Assembly (NCBI RefSeq): GCF_006345805.1
Contig: NC_043008.1
Coordinates: 72,664,001 to 72,728,000, forward strand
DNA from: Octopus sinensis
Lineage: Eukaryota
Reading direction: 5' to 3'
Length of the DNA: 64,000 nt
Position numbers and translations under genes: made by a program. The notes below the pieces were generated by a model. It had not been told where the DNA came from. It saw only the letters and a program-made list of their open reading frames with translations, and did not search any database. Below are positions 1 through 13,706 of the stretch, in pieces; position 1 is the first letter of the stretch, and every line of letters starts with the position of its first letter.

Positions 1-109
1 CTAAGCAGGACCGAGTGCAAATATGAATAGTATATGGGAACTGGTATTAAGGAAGGATAGGAAATATTAGACTTATAAGCCCCAAAATTCACTCCATAAT
101 TGCCCACAG

Positions 110-170
110 GCATATGGTATAGTGGTTAAGAGTGCTGGCTACTAACCCCAGAATTCCAGGCAATAACCTG

Positions 171-208
<38 letters not shown>

Positions 209-345
209 CAAAAATTACCTTAGGAATGAGAACCCAGGTTCTCTGATGAAGGCTGAAGGGTATATCAGCCGAAACATTGTGTTAACAATGAACAAGATGA
301 GGACAAATGTCCATCAAATGTAATTAATATAAATAATGTACATAA
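110..345 (+). mobile_element. SINE-like element: tRNA-like head, internal (AAT)n, 3' Penelope-type hammerhead-like module
   Basis: A-box-like TGGTATAGTGGTTAAG at 115-130, (AAT)n at 171-212, then CTGATGA-A-GGCTGA/TCAGCC-GAAAC at 243-275. Confidence 0.6.
243..282 (+). ncRNA. Degenerate minimal type I hammerhead ribozyme motif
   Basis: CUGAUGA core, 6-bp stem II GGCUGA/UCAGCC, GAAAC AUU GUGU. The stem I 5' strand appears deleted and stem III reads ACAU rather than ACGU. Confidence 0.55.
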
Positions 346-359
346 TTCCTCATCTCTTA

Positions 360-1140
360 AATATAGAACTGATAGCATTAGCTTTACTATTAAGTTGCAC
401 ATTATATGAAATCTTGATGGCATAGCTGAAGGAGTTGAAAATTGCCTGATTATACCCCAAGCTTGAAGGGATCCTATCTGCCATCCTTAACTCAAAGAAA
501 ATTATTTTACTTAGCGACTTCAATATCAAGGTTGACACCAACCACAAGTACTAGGAGAGACAGACATAGGCAGGTATGGCATCAAAAGCTGTAATCTGTT
601 TGTTAGACCTATTCATAGACTGTTCACCACCAACACTATCTTCCATCTGTTCAAACTTTTCAAGAACTAGTATTTGCTATACAAAATCGCTGTTAGGAGG
701 AAAGCTGTGTGAGTGACAAGGGCCATGTGCCACACAGAATGAAAGACAGTTGATTGTGTGGTTATGTTGCAAAAACCCTGCGTATTCAATAAGAGAAAAC
801 CCTAGGATCAGAAGTCTGGCTTGAGCTTAAGCGTCTAAGACCAGAGAATCTTAACCAATTCTGTCACATACTTGAGTTTAGAACACATTGAGACTATGCT
901 GTACTGAGAAACTTTGGGCCCTTCTCAAAAACAATGTCTACTAAGCTTCCTGAGGATACACTAGATTAGCTAATTTCACTCATGAGAATGGTGAAGAATT
1001 CCAAACTCTGCTAGTTGAGAAGAATCAGTATCTTACATCCAATCAAAGTGATCCCTCAAAGCAACTGAAAAGGCAGCCATCACTGAGATCTCACACAACG
1101 AACTCACAGCTTCCCTCAGAATTGCTAGCCTCATTACTAA
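360..1140 (+). pseudogene. Decayed RTE-type LINE AP-endonuclease/linker fragment
   Basis: KIILLSDFNIKVD (GDFN motif) at ~500-540, followed by IGRYGI, TNTIF and VTRAM-like remnants, with many stops. Confidence 0.55.
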
Positions 1141-1169
1141 ATTATCAAGAAATATTATAATTATTATTA

Positions 1170-1320
1170 TTCCACCTAAGTCGACTTTGCTTTACATTCT
1201 TTCAGGGTTGGTAAAATAACATACCAATCAAGTACTGGATTCAATGTAATTGATTAGGCACTTCCTCAAAAATTTCAGACATTGTTCCTTTATGCCTATA
1301 GTAGAAAGGGTTGTTATTAT
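1170..1320 (+). mobile_element. SINE family B fragment (consensus ...ttctgagttcaaattcc...ccttgtgcct..tagtagaaagg-(att)n)
   Basis: Similar to about 18 other copies in the window. Confidence 0.7.
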
Positions 1321-1393
1321 TATCGTTATCATTATTCAAGATGTCGTACAATATCCAATATCATGATGTTATTGATTTAATATATTGTCTTTA

Positions 1394-1431
<38 letters not shown>

Positions 1432-1848
1432 ATGTTTGACTTTTGCTTTGTATTTGTACAAGTTGGCTCCAAGTCTCACCTAGAGACCTCAAGAGACAAC
1501 AAATTAGAAGTTCGTGTTAGTGTTATGCCTAGGGTGTCATTTACTTTTGAACATAATATTGTTCTAGAGAACGTTTAAGGAAACAAGAAAATTATATACC
1601 TTTTCACATTTTTTCCACTAAAAACTTTCCTGATTACATACTTTGTAATCCTAAAAAACATCATAACCATTAGTCAAGCCATTTAACTCTGAAAAGGGGA
1701 CAGACAGATAGACATAATGCTCATTATAGTAAGAAGTTAACTTACTTCCCTTTGCTTCTTTTATTAGATATCTCCCCCTTAATTTTTATTTACTTTTTTT
1801 ACACCTGTAAACAGAACAATTGCCCTCAATATCCACTTCATTATTATT

Positions 1849-2385
1849 GAGTGAGAGACCAATACATACCATCAAAGATACACTGGAGTAAAATATATGA
1901 AGCCCAGTATACAAATCATGACTATCCATCTGATAAAGGTAAACCAGCCACATACATCACAGTCAAATGTACATGACATGGTGATTTCATATCAAGATAA
2001 ACAGTGCATGACCTGGCAGGTGGGGCCCAGTTAGAATTTTCTTCTGGTCAAGTACCCTATCCTGCTCAAATGGTCCCTGAATAAGGTTTGTTTAAGGATG
2101 TTGAACAAAACACCCATGTTTCCAGAGGTAATTATCCAAACCACTAAAATTTATTTTTCTCTCAACACATGGCTATGATGCTCCCCCACTACTTCTCCTC
2201 ATGGACAGAGATATATGTATTGTCAGCCACCAAGGAACATGTTTAACTGGTTAAGGTCAAACAGCTGACAAGCAAATCTGTGATACTGAGCAGAATATTT
2301 GCTGTAGCCCATCTTTTATACCAAGACAAAACAATGTACATGATAACACTTCCTATCAGTTAAGGTCAGAAGCCATGAGAACCAC
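1849..2385 (-). mobile_element. ~550-bp non-coding dispersed repeat ('L550') with (AAT)n 3' tail, copy 1
   Basis: Clearly similar to 12057-12394, 12679-13233 and 32748-33290; each copy abuts (ATT)n. Confidence 0.85.
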
Positions 2386-2388
2386 TGT

Positions 2389-2762
2389 TATTATTGTTAT
2401 TTTTATATACGCACAACAGATTAGACTGTTGGAAAAGAAAAAATCCTAACATCAGGCTACAACAAGTAATCTTTAGTGCCAAGAACCGTCCTAATATCAT
2501 AGCTAACCCTAATAACACTGTTTTCTTGAGCTGTACTAAACTGGGTTTTATACCTATATCCTCTACCCATCTATCCAGATCTTTAGGGATAGTTCCCAAT
2601 GCACCTATAACTACAGGGGTACATTTTAACTGCACTTTCCATAGTTTCTGTAATTCAATATCTAGGTCCTGGTACTTTGCTATTTTTTCTGTATCTTTCA
2701 CGTCAAATTTTCATCATTTGGGACTGTAAAGTGAACTACCTGGCACTTTCTATTCTCTTTAT

Positions 2763-2823
<61 letters not shown>

Positions 2824-3540
2824 AAAATCAAACCTTCTAGCTTCTATTACTCTGTCAGTCTGAATGTTGAAGTCGCGCAACATCTTATATATTTTTTACT
2901 GTCTAGTACTTCAGTAGATTCATGTTCATACCATTTATCAGTATGTTCAAACCCTAGCTTTCTACATAGCTCCCTGTGGATTACTCTCCCTAGGTTGTCA
3001 TGTCATTTCTTGCATTCTTTCTGTGCCAGCATGCTACATTCACTTACTATATGAGTAGCACTTTCCTCTTTTGATTTGCATAATCTACATTGAGAATTTA
3101 CTTTGTTGTTGTCTATTTTGGCTTTTATCCAATTAGTTCTTAGTGCTTGATCTTGTGCAGCTATTAACAAGTTTTCTGTCTTCCTCTTCAGCTTTCCTCT
3201 CTGCAACCATACCCATGTCTCATTACTACTGTTTGCTGCAACTATCTTTGGGAATCTACCATGCAATGCCTTCTTCTTCCAATCAGATCATTTCTGTTCT
3301 TTTTTCTGGTTTATATCTTAGTTGGGGTTTTTGACTTCCCTATGTCTTGTGACTCTAGCAGCTTTTAATAAACTATCTTCACTATTACCTACATAAGAGT
3401 TTATATCTACTTTAGCTAACTCCGCCTTCCTTTCTAGGTAAGTATAATCTTGCTACTCCTGCCCTTGGGTGGAGTCTTCCATTCATACAGAATTCATTCC
3501 TTGTTCTTCTTTTTAGCCTTACTAATTCAGTTCTTGCCCA
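2389..3540 (-). mobile_element. 5'-truncated R4/Dong-like non-LTR retrotransposon (CCHC knuckle + restriction-like endonuclease)
   Basis: CRLCKSKEESATHIVSEC zinc knuckle, DFNIQTDRVIEARR(F)DFVVV-DK (PD motif), EKIAKYQDL...PVVIGALG...VLLG C-terminus; (ATT)n on both sides. Confidence 0.9.
2763..2823. repeat. (CTA)n microsatellite inside the RLE coding region
   Basis: About 20 perfect CTA units, in frame as poly-Val on the minus strand. Confidence 0.95.
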
Positions 3541-3579
3541 TTATTATTATTATTATTATCATTATTATTATTATTAATA

Positions 3580-3610
<31 letters not shown>

Positions 3611-3846
3611 TATTTATTATTAATCTGCATGTTTGTTACAATCATTCACCAAGACACACCCAACATCCTAGGGCAAGTGAAGGATAAAAGACATTACTGT
3701 ACCACTGAAAGCTCATGGAAGGGAAGTGGCAGGGGCAGTAGCAAATATCATCATGTAATTCAACACATGCATTTAAATTGATTATTATCATCGTTATGTT
3801 ATTTATTATGAAAGACTCTTGGATAGTTCTTAATTACCGGTTGTTC

Positions 3847-3878
<32 letters not shown>

Positions 3879-4009
3879 TATTATTATTATCATTATTATT
3901 ATTATTACTATTATCATTATTATTATACTTTCTACTACAGATACAAGGCCTGGAATTTGTGGGGAGGGAATAGTCAATTACATCGATCCCATGTAATTGG
4001 ATCATTACA

Positions 4010-4200
4010 GTGTTGGGACTTATATACACTTTAAGCTAAACCAACACTATGGAATAACAGCAGAAGAAAGATGGTATAGGCACATGCCAGAAAAGGTCAC
4101 AGAAAATGAGAAAGCAACCATACTCTGGGATATGTCAATACACACAGATGGAGAAATTAAGGCCAGTAGGCCAGATATAGTTGAAAAGAACCATTTTAGA
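4010..4200 (+). pseudogene. R4/Dong-like RLE fragment
   Basis: VGTYIHFKLNQHYGI...WYRHMPEKVTENEKATILWDMSIHTDGEIKASRPDIV. Confidence 0.85.
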
Positions 4201-4267
4201 AACCAAGGCTGATATAATCAACTTACCTGTTCCCTTAAAACTAATGGCAAAAATTTGAAACAGTTTC

Positions 4268-4319
<52 letters not shown>

Positions 4320-4321
<2 letters not shown>

Positions 4322-4805
4322 AGCAGTGAGCTTGCAGACTTGGTTAGCATACTGCGCTAAATGCTTAGCCGTATTTCCTCCATAGCTACATTCTAAGTTC
4401 ATATTACGCCAAAGTCATATTTGCCTTTCATCTTTACAGGGTCAACAAATTAAGTACCAGTTAAACACTGGATTTGATGTAATCGACTCATCTTCTCTCC
4501 CAAAATGGCTGTCCTTGTGGCAAAATTTGAAAACATTGGAGCCTGATGCAGTCAAACCATCCATTCGGTCAAACCATCCAACCCATACCAGCATGGAAAG
4601 CAGACATTAAACAACAACAAAGACAATGATGATCTGGCGAGCTGGCAGAACCATTAGCACACCAGGCAAAAAAAGTGTGAGAGATATTATTATTATATTA
4701 TTCTGAGTTCAAATTCCGTTGAGGTCAACTTTGCCTTTCATTCCTTTTGGGTTGATGAAATAAGTACCAGACACAAGGCCTTGTGCCTTGCTTTAGTAGA
4801 AAGGA
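4320..4805 (+). mobile_element. Two SINE-B copies with an intervening SINE-C 3' end
   Basis: gcagtgagcttgcaga head at 4322, ccatccaacccataccagcatggaaagc tail at ~4570-4630, second B head at ~4635. Confidence 0.7.
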
Positions 4806-4835
4806 TCATCATCATTATTATCATCGTCATCATCA

Positions 4836-7800
4836 TCTTATTTATGGTTTCCTTTCATTATAACTTTATTTCAGCTGCCTTAGTACCAGGCATCCTCCAG
4901 AGGCCAAGAGTAGCAAAGGCACTTTTGTTTTGCTAAGCATACTAAAATTATCACCACATTTATTCCATTTTAGATGGAGAGTGCTTTTAGTACTATATGG
5001 GCTGTACCCATCAAGGTTATCTTTTGTAGTTCACAGAGATTGGAGTTACCAGAGAGTTGCTTAATATGCTTCTAAGCTCCCATCTTTATCATTCTCACCA
5101 CACCAGTTACTACTGTTATTATTGTAGTACTAAGCTCAATTTGCAGATCTTTCTGGTGAGAAAGCTTTCATATTCTTTTCTTGAGATATTTTGATCTTGT
5201 GGGACAGACATATCTATTAACGGACAAGTTCCTCTGTTGTAGTCCTTGATCACAATGACTAGTGGATAGGAGCCAATTTTTCTGTCTGTTTGTATTGGGA
5301 AGTTCCAGAGGATGGTGATGCCCTCGCCATTTACTACATCCACTGGATGATGCCTGCACCACTTATCATAAGATTTAATTTTGTAGTATTTAAAAGCATT
5401 CTAGTGGATGTACAGCCCTAGTCTGTCATGTCTTATGAGGTACTCTTTTCAGCAAGGACTGGGCAGCCAGAAACAACATGATCAATTGTCTCTGTGAATT
5501 TTCTGCAGATTCTGCATAAGGAGTGAGATCCAACTTTAAGGACGTTTGCATGGCAGTTTCTGGTAGGTAAGCTCTGATCTTGCACTGCAATAACAAAACG
5601 TTTCGGTTTCCCCTTTTAGACTTGTCCTTTGTAGCCATTGGTGCATTAGATGTTGATCAATATCTGGCTTGGACAGGCAGTTGGGGTATTTTCCATGCAG
5701 GGGTTTACCTTACCAGTTGTCTTCAATATTACTCATGCAAGCCTTCTTTGCTTTTTGTTTGATGTTTTTTGCATCAGTAATAGGTTTATCACTATTTGGA
5801 TCTCACTGGTCTTTCTAATTGTTAGTTTCTAAATCAGGAGAAGCAATGGTAGGTCTGTCAGTATTTGGGTGTCTTTGGTCATTCTTATTGTTAACTTGTA
5901 GGCCAAGAGAATTTTTAAATTTCTTGCTAAGCTTCATGATTGAATCTTACTTGGAATCTTCATGCTTCAGTGTAGTTTATGAGAGCACATCACTTGTTGT
6001 ATTATGGCATGTTTCAAGGACTATTATTGCTGATTTGAAGGCTTGTTTGAGCTGTTCCAGGCCTCTTCCTCCTATTTTTTCTTTTGAGATAAATCTTATC
6101 TATATCTGATTTTGGATGGTGCATTTGGTACCTTGTAACAATTTTATGAATTTATCCGTCCATATTTTGCATGTCAGTGAGACTCCACTTAATGATACTG
6201 AAGCTATAAGTGGTTACTGGTATGGCCAAAGAATTGATCACATTAATTCTGTTAGCAGAATTTAATTCTGAGTTTAGGACCATTCTTACCCTTTCCTTGC
6301 AGATTTTCTCTTTCATTTTAGAGTGCCGGATACTATCAACTTTCATTGGTTTCCAGATATTTTTATACTTCGGATTGGCCTAGTTTTCGAATAACTGGTA
6401 GTATCAAGTTCTATGTTTTCTGCTTTTATGAACTTCCCTGCTTTGAAAGTAGCCTTTGGACATTTATCAAGTCCAAACTCCATACCTATATTGGAGCTGA
6501 ATTCTTTGATAGTATTTAGGAGCTCTTCTAATTCTTTGTCCTTTTTGACAAACAATTTTAGATCATCCATAGAGAATAGATGACTAATTTTCTGGTCAAA
6601 GATCTTAAACTTTCTCTTAGCACTATTCAGATGTGTGGGTAATGGGAACAGAGTGAGGCAGAATAGTAATGGTGATAATGAGTAACCTTGAAAGATACCA
6701 CAGGTGATATTGATGTTTGGTGAGGTGGTATATCATTATGTATGGTTTAAAATGAGGTTGGTTCTACAAGAATTTATGATTATTTTTAGCAAGTTCACAA
6801 TTGTTAGAGGTATCTTGTAAATTTCCAGGGCCTTGATGATCCATGTATGGGAGTACACTGTTGAAAGCCTTCTTGTAATCTATCCATGCTTTACTAAGGT
6901 TTCTGTGTTTGGATTTGCAATTTTCAGTGACATTTTTGCCAATCAGTAATTGCTCCTTACATCCATATGCACTCTTTTTGCATCTTTTGTTCCACTGAGA
7001 ATAACTTCCGATTGTCCAAGAATTAATATGCTCTATTCGCTATTATAGATGTTGATAGTTCATATATGGTGGTGAGGCATGTTATGGATCGGTATTTTGG
7101 TGGGTCTGTTTTTGGCAAGAGATATGTAATCCCTTCTGTAAGCCACTTTGGATCTTTTGCAGAGTTGGACATGACTTCATTGAGTGCTATGGCTAAGTTG
7201 TAGTGGGTGCTTATTAAAGATTTTAGCCAAAAACTTGGAATCTTATCTATATCTGGGAATCTCCATTTCTTTGACTTGGCAAGCACTGCTTTCACTTCTT
7301 CAGTTGTTATATCTTGCCATTTTTTATATTTGAGTTGGACATTGGCCTCTTCTATGTCCCAAACCCAATGTGCATTCTGATTAAACCCTTTTGGATTACT
7401 CCAAATGTTTCTCCAAAATCTTCAATTTGCTTTTGGGGAGGAGGTGTTTTCACAATAATGATATTTTCCCCCAGTTCCCTGTAGAATTTTTTTGTATTCT
7501 CCTTGAACAGTATGTTTTGTCTATAGAATGCTTGAGCTTGTTTTGCATCTTTCCAGTCATTTGGTCTTTAATTGTAGTTTTTGTTTGAGGATTTTTAGCG
7601 ATTATTCTTATTAGTTTGTTGGGTTTATTAGTTTTTCCCTTTGCTTGCTTCAAGTAGAAAATATATATCTGCTCCTAGTTGAATTATTTGCTGTTTTTCT
7701 TTCTTTCAATCTATGAAGGCTGTTTGTGTACATTGCACTTTTTTGTCTATCTTTAATTTTAATATTGCATTTCTGAGTTGCAACATAAGAAGCTGAGTAA

Positions 7801-8338
7801 CTGTGTTGATCAATCACTCTGATGCTATTTTCTCTACTATTCTCAACTTGTCATATCGGCTTTGCAGGTGCTTGATCAACTTCCTTGATTACTTTTCTGT
7901 TCTTATTTGTATTAATAATTTGGGGAAGTAGGGCTCTTTTGTGGAAAGGTTGATGTAGTTGTATTAGCTATTGTTCTAGTATTCCATCTAAAAGTTCATT
8001 GCAGACGTGATCATTTATTGTATTATTAGTATCAACTGATGATGCACCTTCATAGGGTTCTGTGTACCTAATTTGCTGATTTCAGTTAGTGATTTCTGAG
8101 CCTGTGGATATAAGTGAGTTTGTGTTATTCTGAGCTGACTTTTGACTGATCTGACTATTTTGTCAATTTTACTGGAAGGTATCAAATGGCAGACTGACAG
8201 AATTCATGTAGCATTGTAGAAAGCGGCAGATATATAATTGACAGCCAGAGAGAGAGAGACAGAGAAAGGGAGACGAAAGACAGAACCATCATGGCCTCCA
8301 ACTAGCATTACCTCTGAGCTATTTCCAGTAGGATGGTG
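4836..8338 (-). mobile_element. Near full-length, disabled R4/Dong-like retrotransposon (RT + CCHC + RLE)
   Basis: KYRSITCLTTIY, IFQGYSLSPLLFCL, MDDLKLF (YxDD region), IGMEFGLDKC, ILWNFPIQTDRKI, LQKITLMGTAHI; (ATT)n at the 5' junction; frameshifts throughout. Confidence 0.92.
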
Positions 8339-8349
8339 ATTATTATTAC

Positions 8350-8395
<46 letters not shown>

Positions 8396-11129
8396 ATCAT
8401 TATTATTATAGATACTTATGTTTATATGTGTTTGGCCACTACAAGTACAGTGTTTTAACCCTGGGTACAGTGCAGTATCTGTGACATGACACACAACCTT
8501 CACCCAATTTTTGCTTTCCTGTTGTCCTATCAATAGAATGGTCATGTGGAAGCACCAGATAATGACTGGTATACTTGTTTGGAATAATATGCATGGAAAT
8601 AGTCGTTATAAACTTCTTAGCATGTTGTGGGGGGTCATTATTATGACATACCTCATTTCTGCATTACAAAACAAATGTCCTAACCTCTTTTTCTATCTCT
8701 CTATTTCTTTCTCTCACTCTCTCTTGCTTTCTCTCTCCCACACACACATACACACACACGAACACACTCAGACACACACTCCATCTTATTAACAAATGGA
8801 TGGAGTCATGAGTATAAGGAGAAGGGGATGAAAGCACTGAGCTTTCATTGCAGACTCATGATACATGGATGGAACTTATCACCAGTCTGTGCCTGTCAAA
8901 TAATGTACCCTACTTCTATAGGTTGTAATATAAAGAAACTGATTGCGATGGTGGTGTTGGCGTTGATGGCAATGGTGTTGATGTGATTGCTGGCGCCATG
9001 AAAGATGATCGGATGTGAAAGTCTGTAGGTCATCCACCATTAACAGAAAACCTCGTAAAAACAACAACACTGTTGTCATTGTAATATCTGTTTTAACATT
9101 GAAACTTTATTGTTGATAACTATTTGAACGCATTTTTCTTTTTCACTTGGTGCCAATATTTTCAAATATTCTGTTCTTTATTTTGTTTTGTTATTTCCAA
9201 ATATTTGTTTATCCAAAGAGCATAAATGATGAACTATGTTAGGAAGAGGGAAGGGGGAAGTTAATATTTATAATTGCATTATGCTTCTCATTAATCCAAA
9301 ATGCAACAAGATTTCATATTCCTACAAAAAAAATGATTTTTTTCTGAACAAGTAATTTCATTTAAAAGGGTAAAAGTTTAGCTCAGCCTCTAAAAACAAT
9401 GGTAAAATTGTTTAAATTGTTGCATTGTAGAGAAACAGAGACTTTCAAATAGAATTTCTAAACAGAAACAATGCAAATAAAATTACTTTTTCTCCACAAT
9501 CACCCCACCACCCCACCAACACATCATTCTCTCCTTAATTCTAAACATTAAAACAAAACAAAAAAATCAAAACAAAAATTATTTGTTCTTCAATTAGAAA
9601 CAAAAATGGATAAAACTAGGAAGAGAATAAAAATTAATTTTTCGCTGACTCTGATTTTAGCATTTTGAGTTTAATGACAGTTAATATATTTTAATGTGTT
9701 TGTGGAATAATCCAAAGAGGTATATGACAGGGAAAGAATATATTTTAGTGTTTGTGGAATAATCCAAGTAGGCAATGCAGATTAAAAAATATATATTTTA
9801 GGATCTTCCTTGGCTACTGCTCTCATGCTGTGAAGAACAGACCATATTTCAGCAGCTTTTGCACCCTAATAAAGGACTTATATCCCTTGAATATAGTGGG
9901 ATTTGTTGGCCAAGACCCACAACATAAAATTGAGGAACTACTAAAGCTAATGGAGAATGGTGATTGCTGGAGTAGCAATGTGAAATGCATCTCAATTGCT
10001 GCTGTTAAGAGGAGGAGGAGGGGGAGGAGGAAGTGGTGGGGAGGAGGAGGAGGAGGAGATACTGTAACTGTGCAAGTTATGGGTTGGATTATGTAAGAGA
10101 TAGAGTAGAGAGACAGGAAGTGGGGGAGGGAGTTAGATGTGTGGAGGATTTATGTCAAATTTGTAGTAATTAAAAGAAAATATGACATATACTTAGTGTT
10201 GGTTGTCATCTCTATTCCTCTGAAGTGTTTTTATGTTTTCTACTTTTTAATGGTGCAAGCAGAGGAGGATCATAAGGAAAAGAAGGATGACAGTAATGAT
10301 GATGGGGGTGGGGATGACGATGATGATTGGTCAGACGTGAAAAGATGGAAGTTATCCTCCGACCAGAGACTTACCTTCAAAGCTTACAATTGTGTGAACT
10401 CAGTTTAAGCAAGGATTCCCATGACCCAGTGGTGACATCAAAGCAGGCAACACTGAATCTGCCATCCAAGATCAAGAATGAAATTCCTTATGTGTGTCTT
10501 CTTTGTTTCTGTTTACCTTATATCAGTCTCAAGACCTTGTTCCATCCAAGACTATAGTGGAAGACACATACTCAAGGTACCATACTGTGGAATTGAACCT
10601 GAATAAACATGGTTGTGAAATGAACCTCTTAGCCATACAGCTATTACTTGTATATTTGCATCAAGAAAAGAAATCTGTTACAAGTGAAGTATGCCCCAGC
10701 AGCTCAGCAATCAAAAGTGTTCCATCTCTTTGCTAAGTAGTTTGCATCCAGGACTAATATTAACTAATGTTTCCTCTATGTCTTAAAAAAAAACAAGTGA
10801 TTTAAAGATTTGGTTCATACCTCTGGCAGGTTGCAGAACATTGTCTCCATCTGACTCATTTAATAACAGAATTATTAAAATAATTACCATTGAAATATTT
10901 GGCTCAACAGCTCAAACTACACACTAGCCCCAAATGTTTGATTTTTCATATTATTGTCATTAACTGATTAACTGGTATGGTCTAATTAAAATTATATGAT
11001 AGCTGTATTACTTCTGAGATCAAACCCATCTCAAGGCTAACTTTAACATTCTTTTTTCTGAGATCAAACTAGCAGATAGCAGTCAAGTCTAGTGATTTAT
11101 TTAATTGCTATACAAATGCTTAGTTTGTG

Positions 11130-11760
11130 ACTTTCAGCCACAACCAGTGAAGTTGAAATCTTGCTGGGGACAAATTTGCCTTTTATTTTTTCAGGGTCAG
11201 TAAAATAAAGCATGAGACAAGTACAGGGGTTGATGGGGCCAAAACTACTCCTCATCCTTTAATATTGCTGGCTTTTTGCCTAAAGCAGCCACCTTATTAC
11301 AAGGCAGTGAGCAAGCAGAATTATTAGAACAGAAAAAATTACTTTGTGGCATTCGTTCCAATTTTTACATTATGAGTTCAAATCCTGCTGAGACCAAGTT
11401 TGCCTTTCACCACCACAGGCTCAATGAAATTATGTACCAGTAAAGTACTGAGGTTGCTGTCATCGACTAAACCTCTTCCTGTGAAATTACAGGCCTTGTG
11501 CCTAAATCAGAAACCATTGTTGTTGCTAATATTAATAAGGTGGTGAACAGGCAGAATTGTCACTGGGTTGAACAAAATGCTTTCTTCCAACTCTTCAGTT
11601 TAAGAATTGTCAAGGTCAAATTTGTCTTATTTCTGTTCAGCATTGATAGAATAAAGTACTGGTCAAGTATTGAAGTCACTCTAATTGACTTACCCACTTC
11701 CTTCAAAAGTTCTGGCCTTATGCCAAAATTTGAAATTATTAATATCACTATTATTGTTAT
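11130..11760 (+). mobile_element. Three head-to-tail decayed SINE-B copies
   Basis: Repeated tttgccttt...aaataa..gtac..ggccttgtgcc...aaa..att motifs at ~11130, ~11305 and ~11560. Confidence 0.65.
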
Positions 11761-11994
11761 CATCATTATTATTATTAATTGTTCTTTTTTAACTCAAGTT
11801 TTGTTGGAACTCCTGGAGTCTTGCATGTGTAGCAGGCTTGCTGCCTGCAGCCTACAGAACTATGTTATCTGTTCTTTTCAAATATTTGATACTTTCCTGA
11901 TTATTATGGCTGTGCCAAGGAGGTAAACCTTTTATAACAGTTCTACTAAGAACTCTATTCCAATTTCCTTTATATTCCTCTTGACGCCTTCTGA

Positions 11995-12056
<62 letters not shown>

Positions 12057-12393
12057 GAGTGAGAGAGCAGTGCATGCCATCAAAGTGACACAGGGGTAAA
12101 ATATACGAAGCCCAATATACCCATCATGACTACCCGTCTGATAAAGGTACACCAGGCACATGCATCACAACCATATGTGCACGACATGGTGATCTCATAT
12201 CAAGATAAACAGCACATGACCTTGCAGATGGGGCCCAGTTAGAATTTTCTTCAGGTTGAGTAGCCCATCCCGCTCAAAAGGTCCCTGAATAAGGGTTGTT
12301 TAAGGATGTTGAAAGAACTACCCATGTTTCCAGAGGTGAATTATTCAAACCCCAAAGAATCCCTCTCAACACATGGCTATGATGCTCCCCCAC

Positions 12394-12394
<1 letters not shown>
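12057..12394 (-). mobile_element. L550 copy 2 (5'-truncated, least diverged)
   Basis: gagtgagagagcagtgcatgcc...gatgctcccccact between two (ATT)n tracts. Confidence 0.85.
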
Positions 12395-12462
<68 letters not shown>

Positions 12463-12493
12463 TATATTATTATTACTATTATTATTACTATTA

Positions 12494-12564
<71 letters not shown>

Positions 12565-12680
12565 ATTATTATTATTACTATTATTATTACTATTATTATT
12601 ACTATTATTATTATTATTATTATTATTATCATTATTATTGTTGTTGTTGTTGTTGTTGTCGTTGTTATTAGTATTATTTA
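12394..12680. repeat. Long (ATT)n array
   Basis: About 290 bp of ATT with variant units. Confidence 0.95.
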
Positions 12681-13233
12681 GTGAGAGAAAGGTACATACC
12701 ATCAAAGTGACACTAGGGTAAAAATGTACATAGCTTGATACATCCACCATGACTACGTGTCAGATAAGAGTACACCAGGCACATGGATCACAACCATATG
12801 TTCAAGCATGACATGGTGATCTTATATCAAGATAAACAATGCATGACCTTGCAGATGAAGCCCAGTTAGAATTTTCTCCTGGTTGAATAGCCATCCCACT
12901 GGAAAGGTTGCTGAATAACGGTTCTTTAAGGATGTTGAACAGAACACCCTTGTTTCCAGGAATGAATTATAAACACCAAAGAATTCCTCCGAATGCATAG
13001 TTATGATGCTTCCCCACTACTCCTGCTCATGATCAGAGATGCACATATTGTCAGCCAATAAGTGACATACTCAACTAGTTAAGGTCAAGCAAGTGACAAG
13101 CAAATCAATGGTATTGAACAGAATACTAGCTGTAGTCCATCTTTTACATCAAGGTAAAATTTATACATGCTAACCCTTCCAGTCAGTTAAGATCAGAAGT
13201 CATGTGAGCTACTGTCTTGTATTGCATCAAGGC
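12679..13233 (-). mobile_element. L550 copy 3 (full length)
   Basis: Ends ttgcatcaaggc-att; similar to the other copies. Confidence 0.85.
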
Positions 13234-13236
13234 ATT

Positions 13237-13273
<37 letters not shown>

Positions 13274-13309
13274 CCACCATCACCACCACCACCACCACCA
13301 CCACCACCA

Positions 13310-13674
13310 CCTTCTGAGTTCAAATTCCGCCTAAGTCAACCTTACTTGTCATTATTTCAGGGTTGATAAAATAAGTACCAGTTGAGAACCAGCATCGATG
13401 TAATTGACCTACTCCCTTGAAGTTGCTGGCCTCCTGCCAAAATCTGAAATCATTATTGAGATCATAGTTGTGGCCTCCACCAGTGTTACGTAACTGTCAC
13501 CCATACTGGTGGCACATAAAAATCACCCACTACACTCATGGAGTGGTTGGCATTAGGAAAGGCATCCAGCTATAGAAAGCATGCAAAATCAGATTGGAAC
13601 CTGGAGCAGCACTGCATCTTAACAGTTTTTGGCCAAACTATCCAACCCATGCCAGTACGAAAAATGGACGTTAA

Positions 13675-13706
<32 letters not shown>

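Noticed and set aside
8879-9079. His/Gln- or Pro/Thr-rich ORF as an exon
   Set aside because: Low-complexity (CAY/CAN) sequence with weak splice signals
10375-10470. Perfect minus-strand donor GAAG|GTAAGT
   Set aside because: All frames are blocked before it, the acceptor is weak and SINE debris is adjacent
12306-12750. Long poly-I/L/Y/N ORFs (also the YIYI/CVCV/HTHT ORFs at 14.3-15.2, 39.5-39.9, 52.8-53.2, 58.2-58.5 and 61.4-63.4 kb)
   Set aside because: Translations of (ATT)n, (TA)n and (CA)n microsatellites
13170-13233. HDV-like ribozyme or 5S-derived head at the L550 5' end
   Set aside because: Could not build the P1/P2/P3/P1.1 pseudoknot by eye; the 5S similarity is too short
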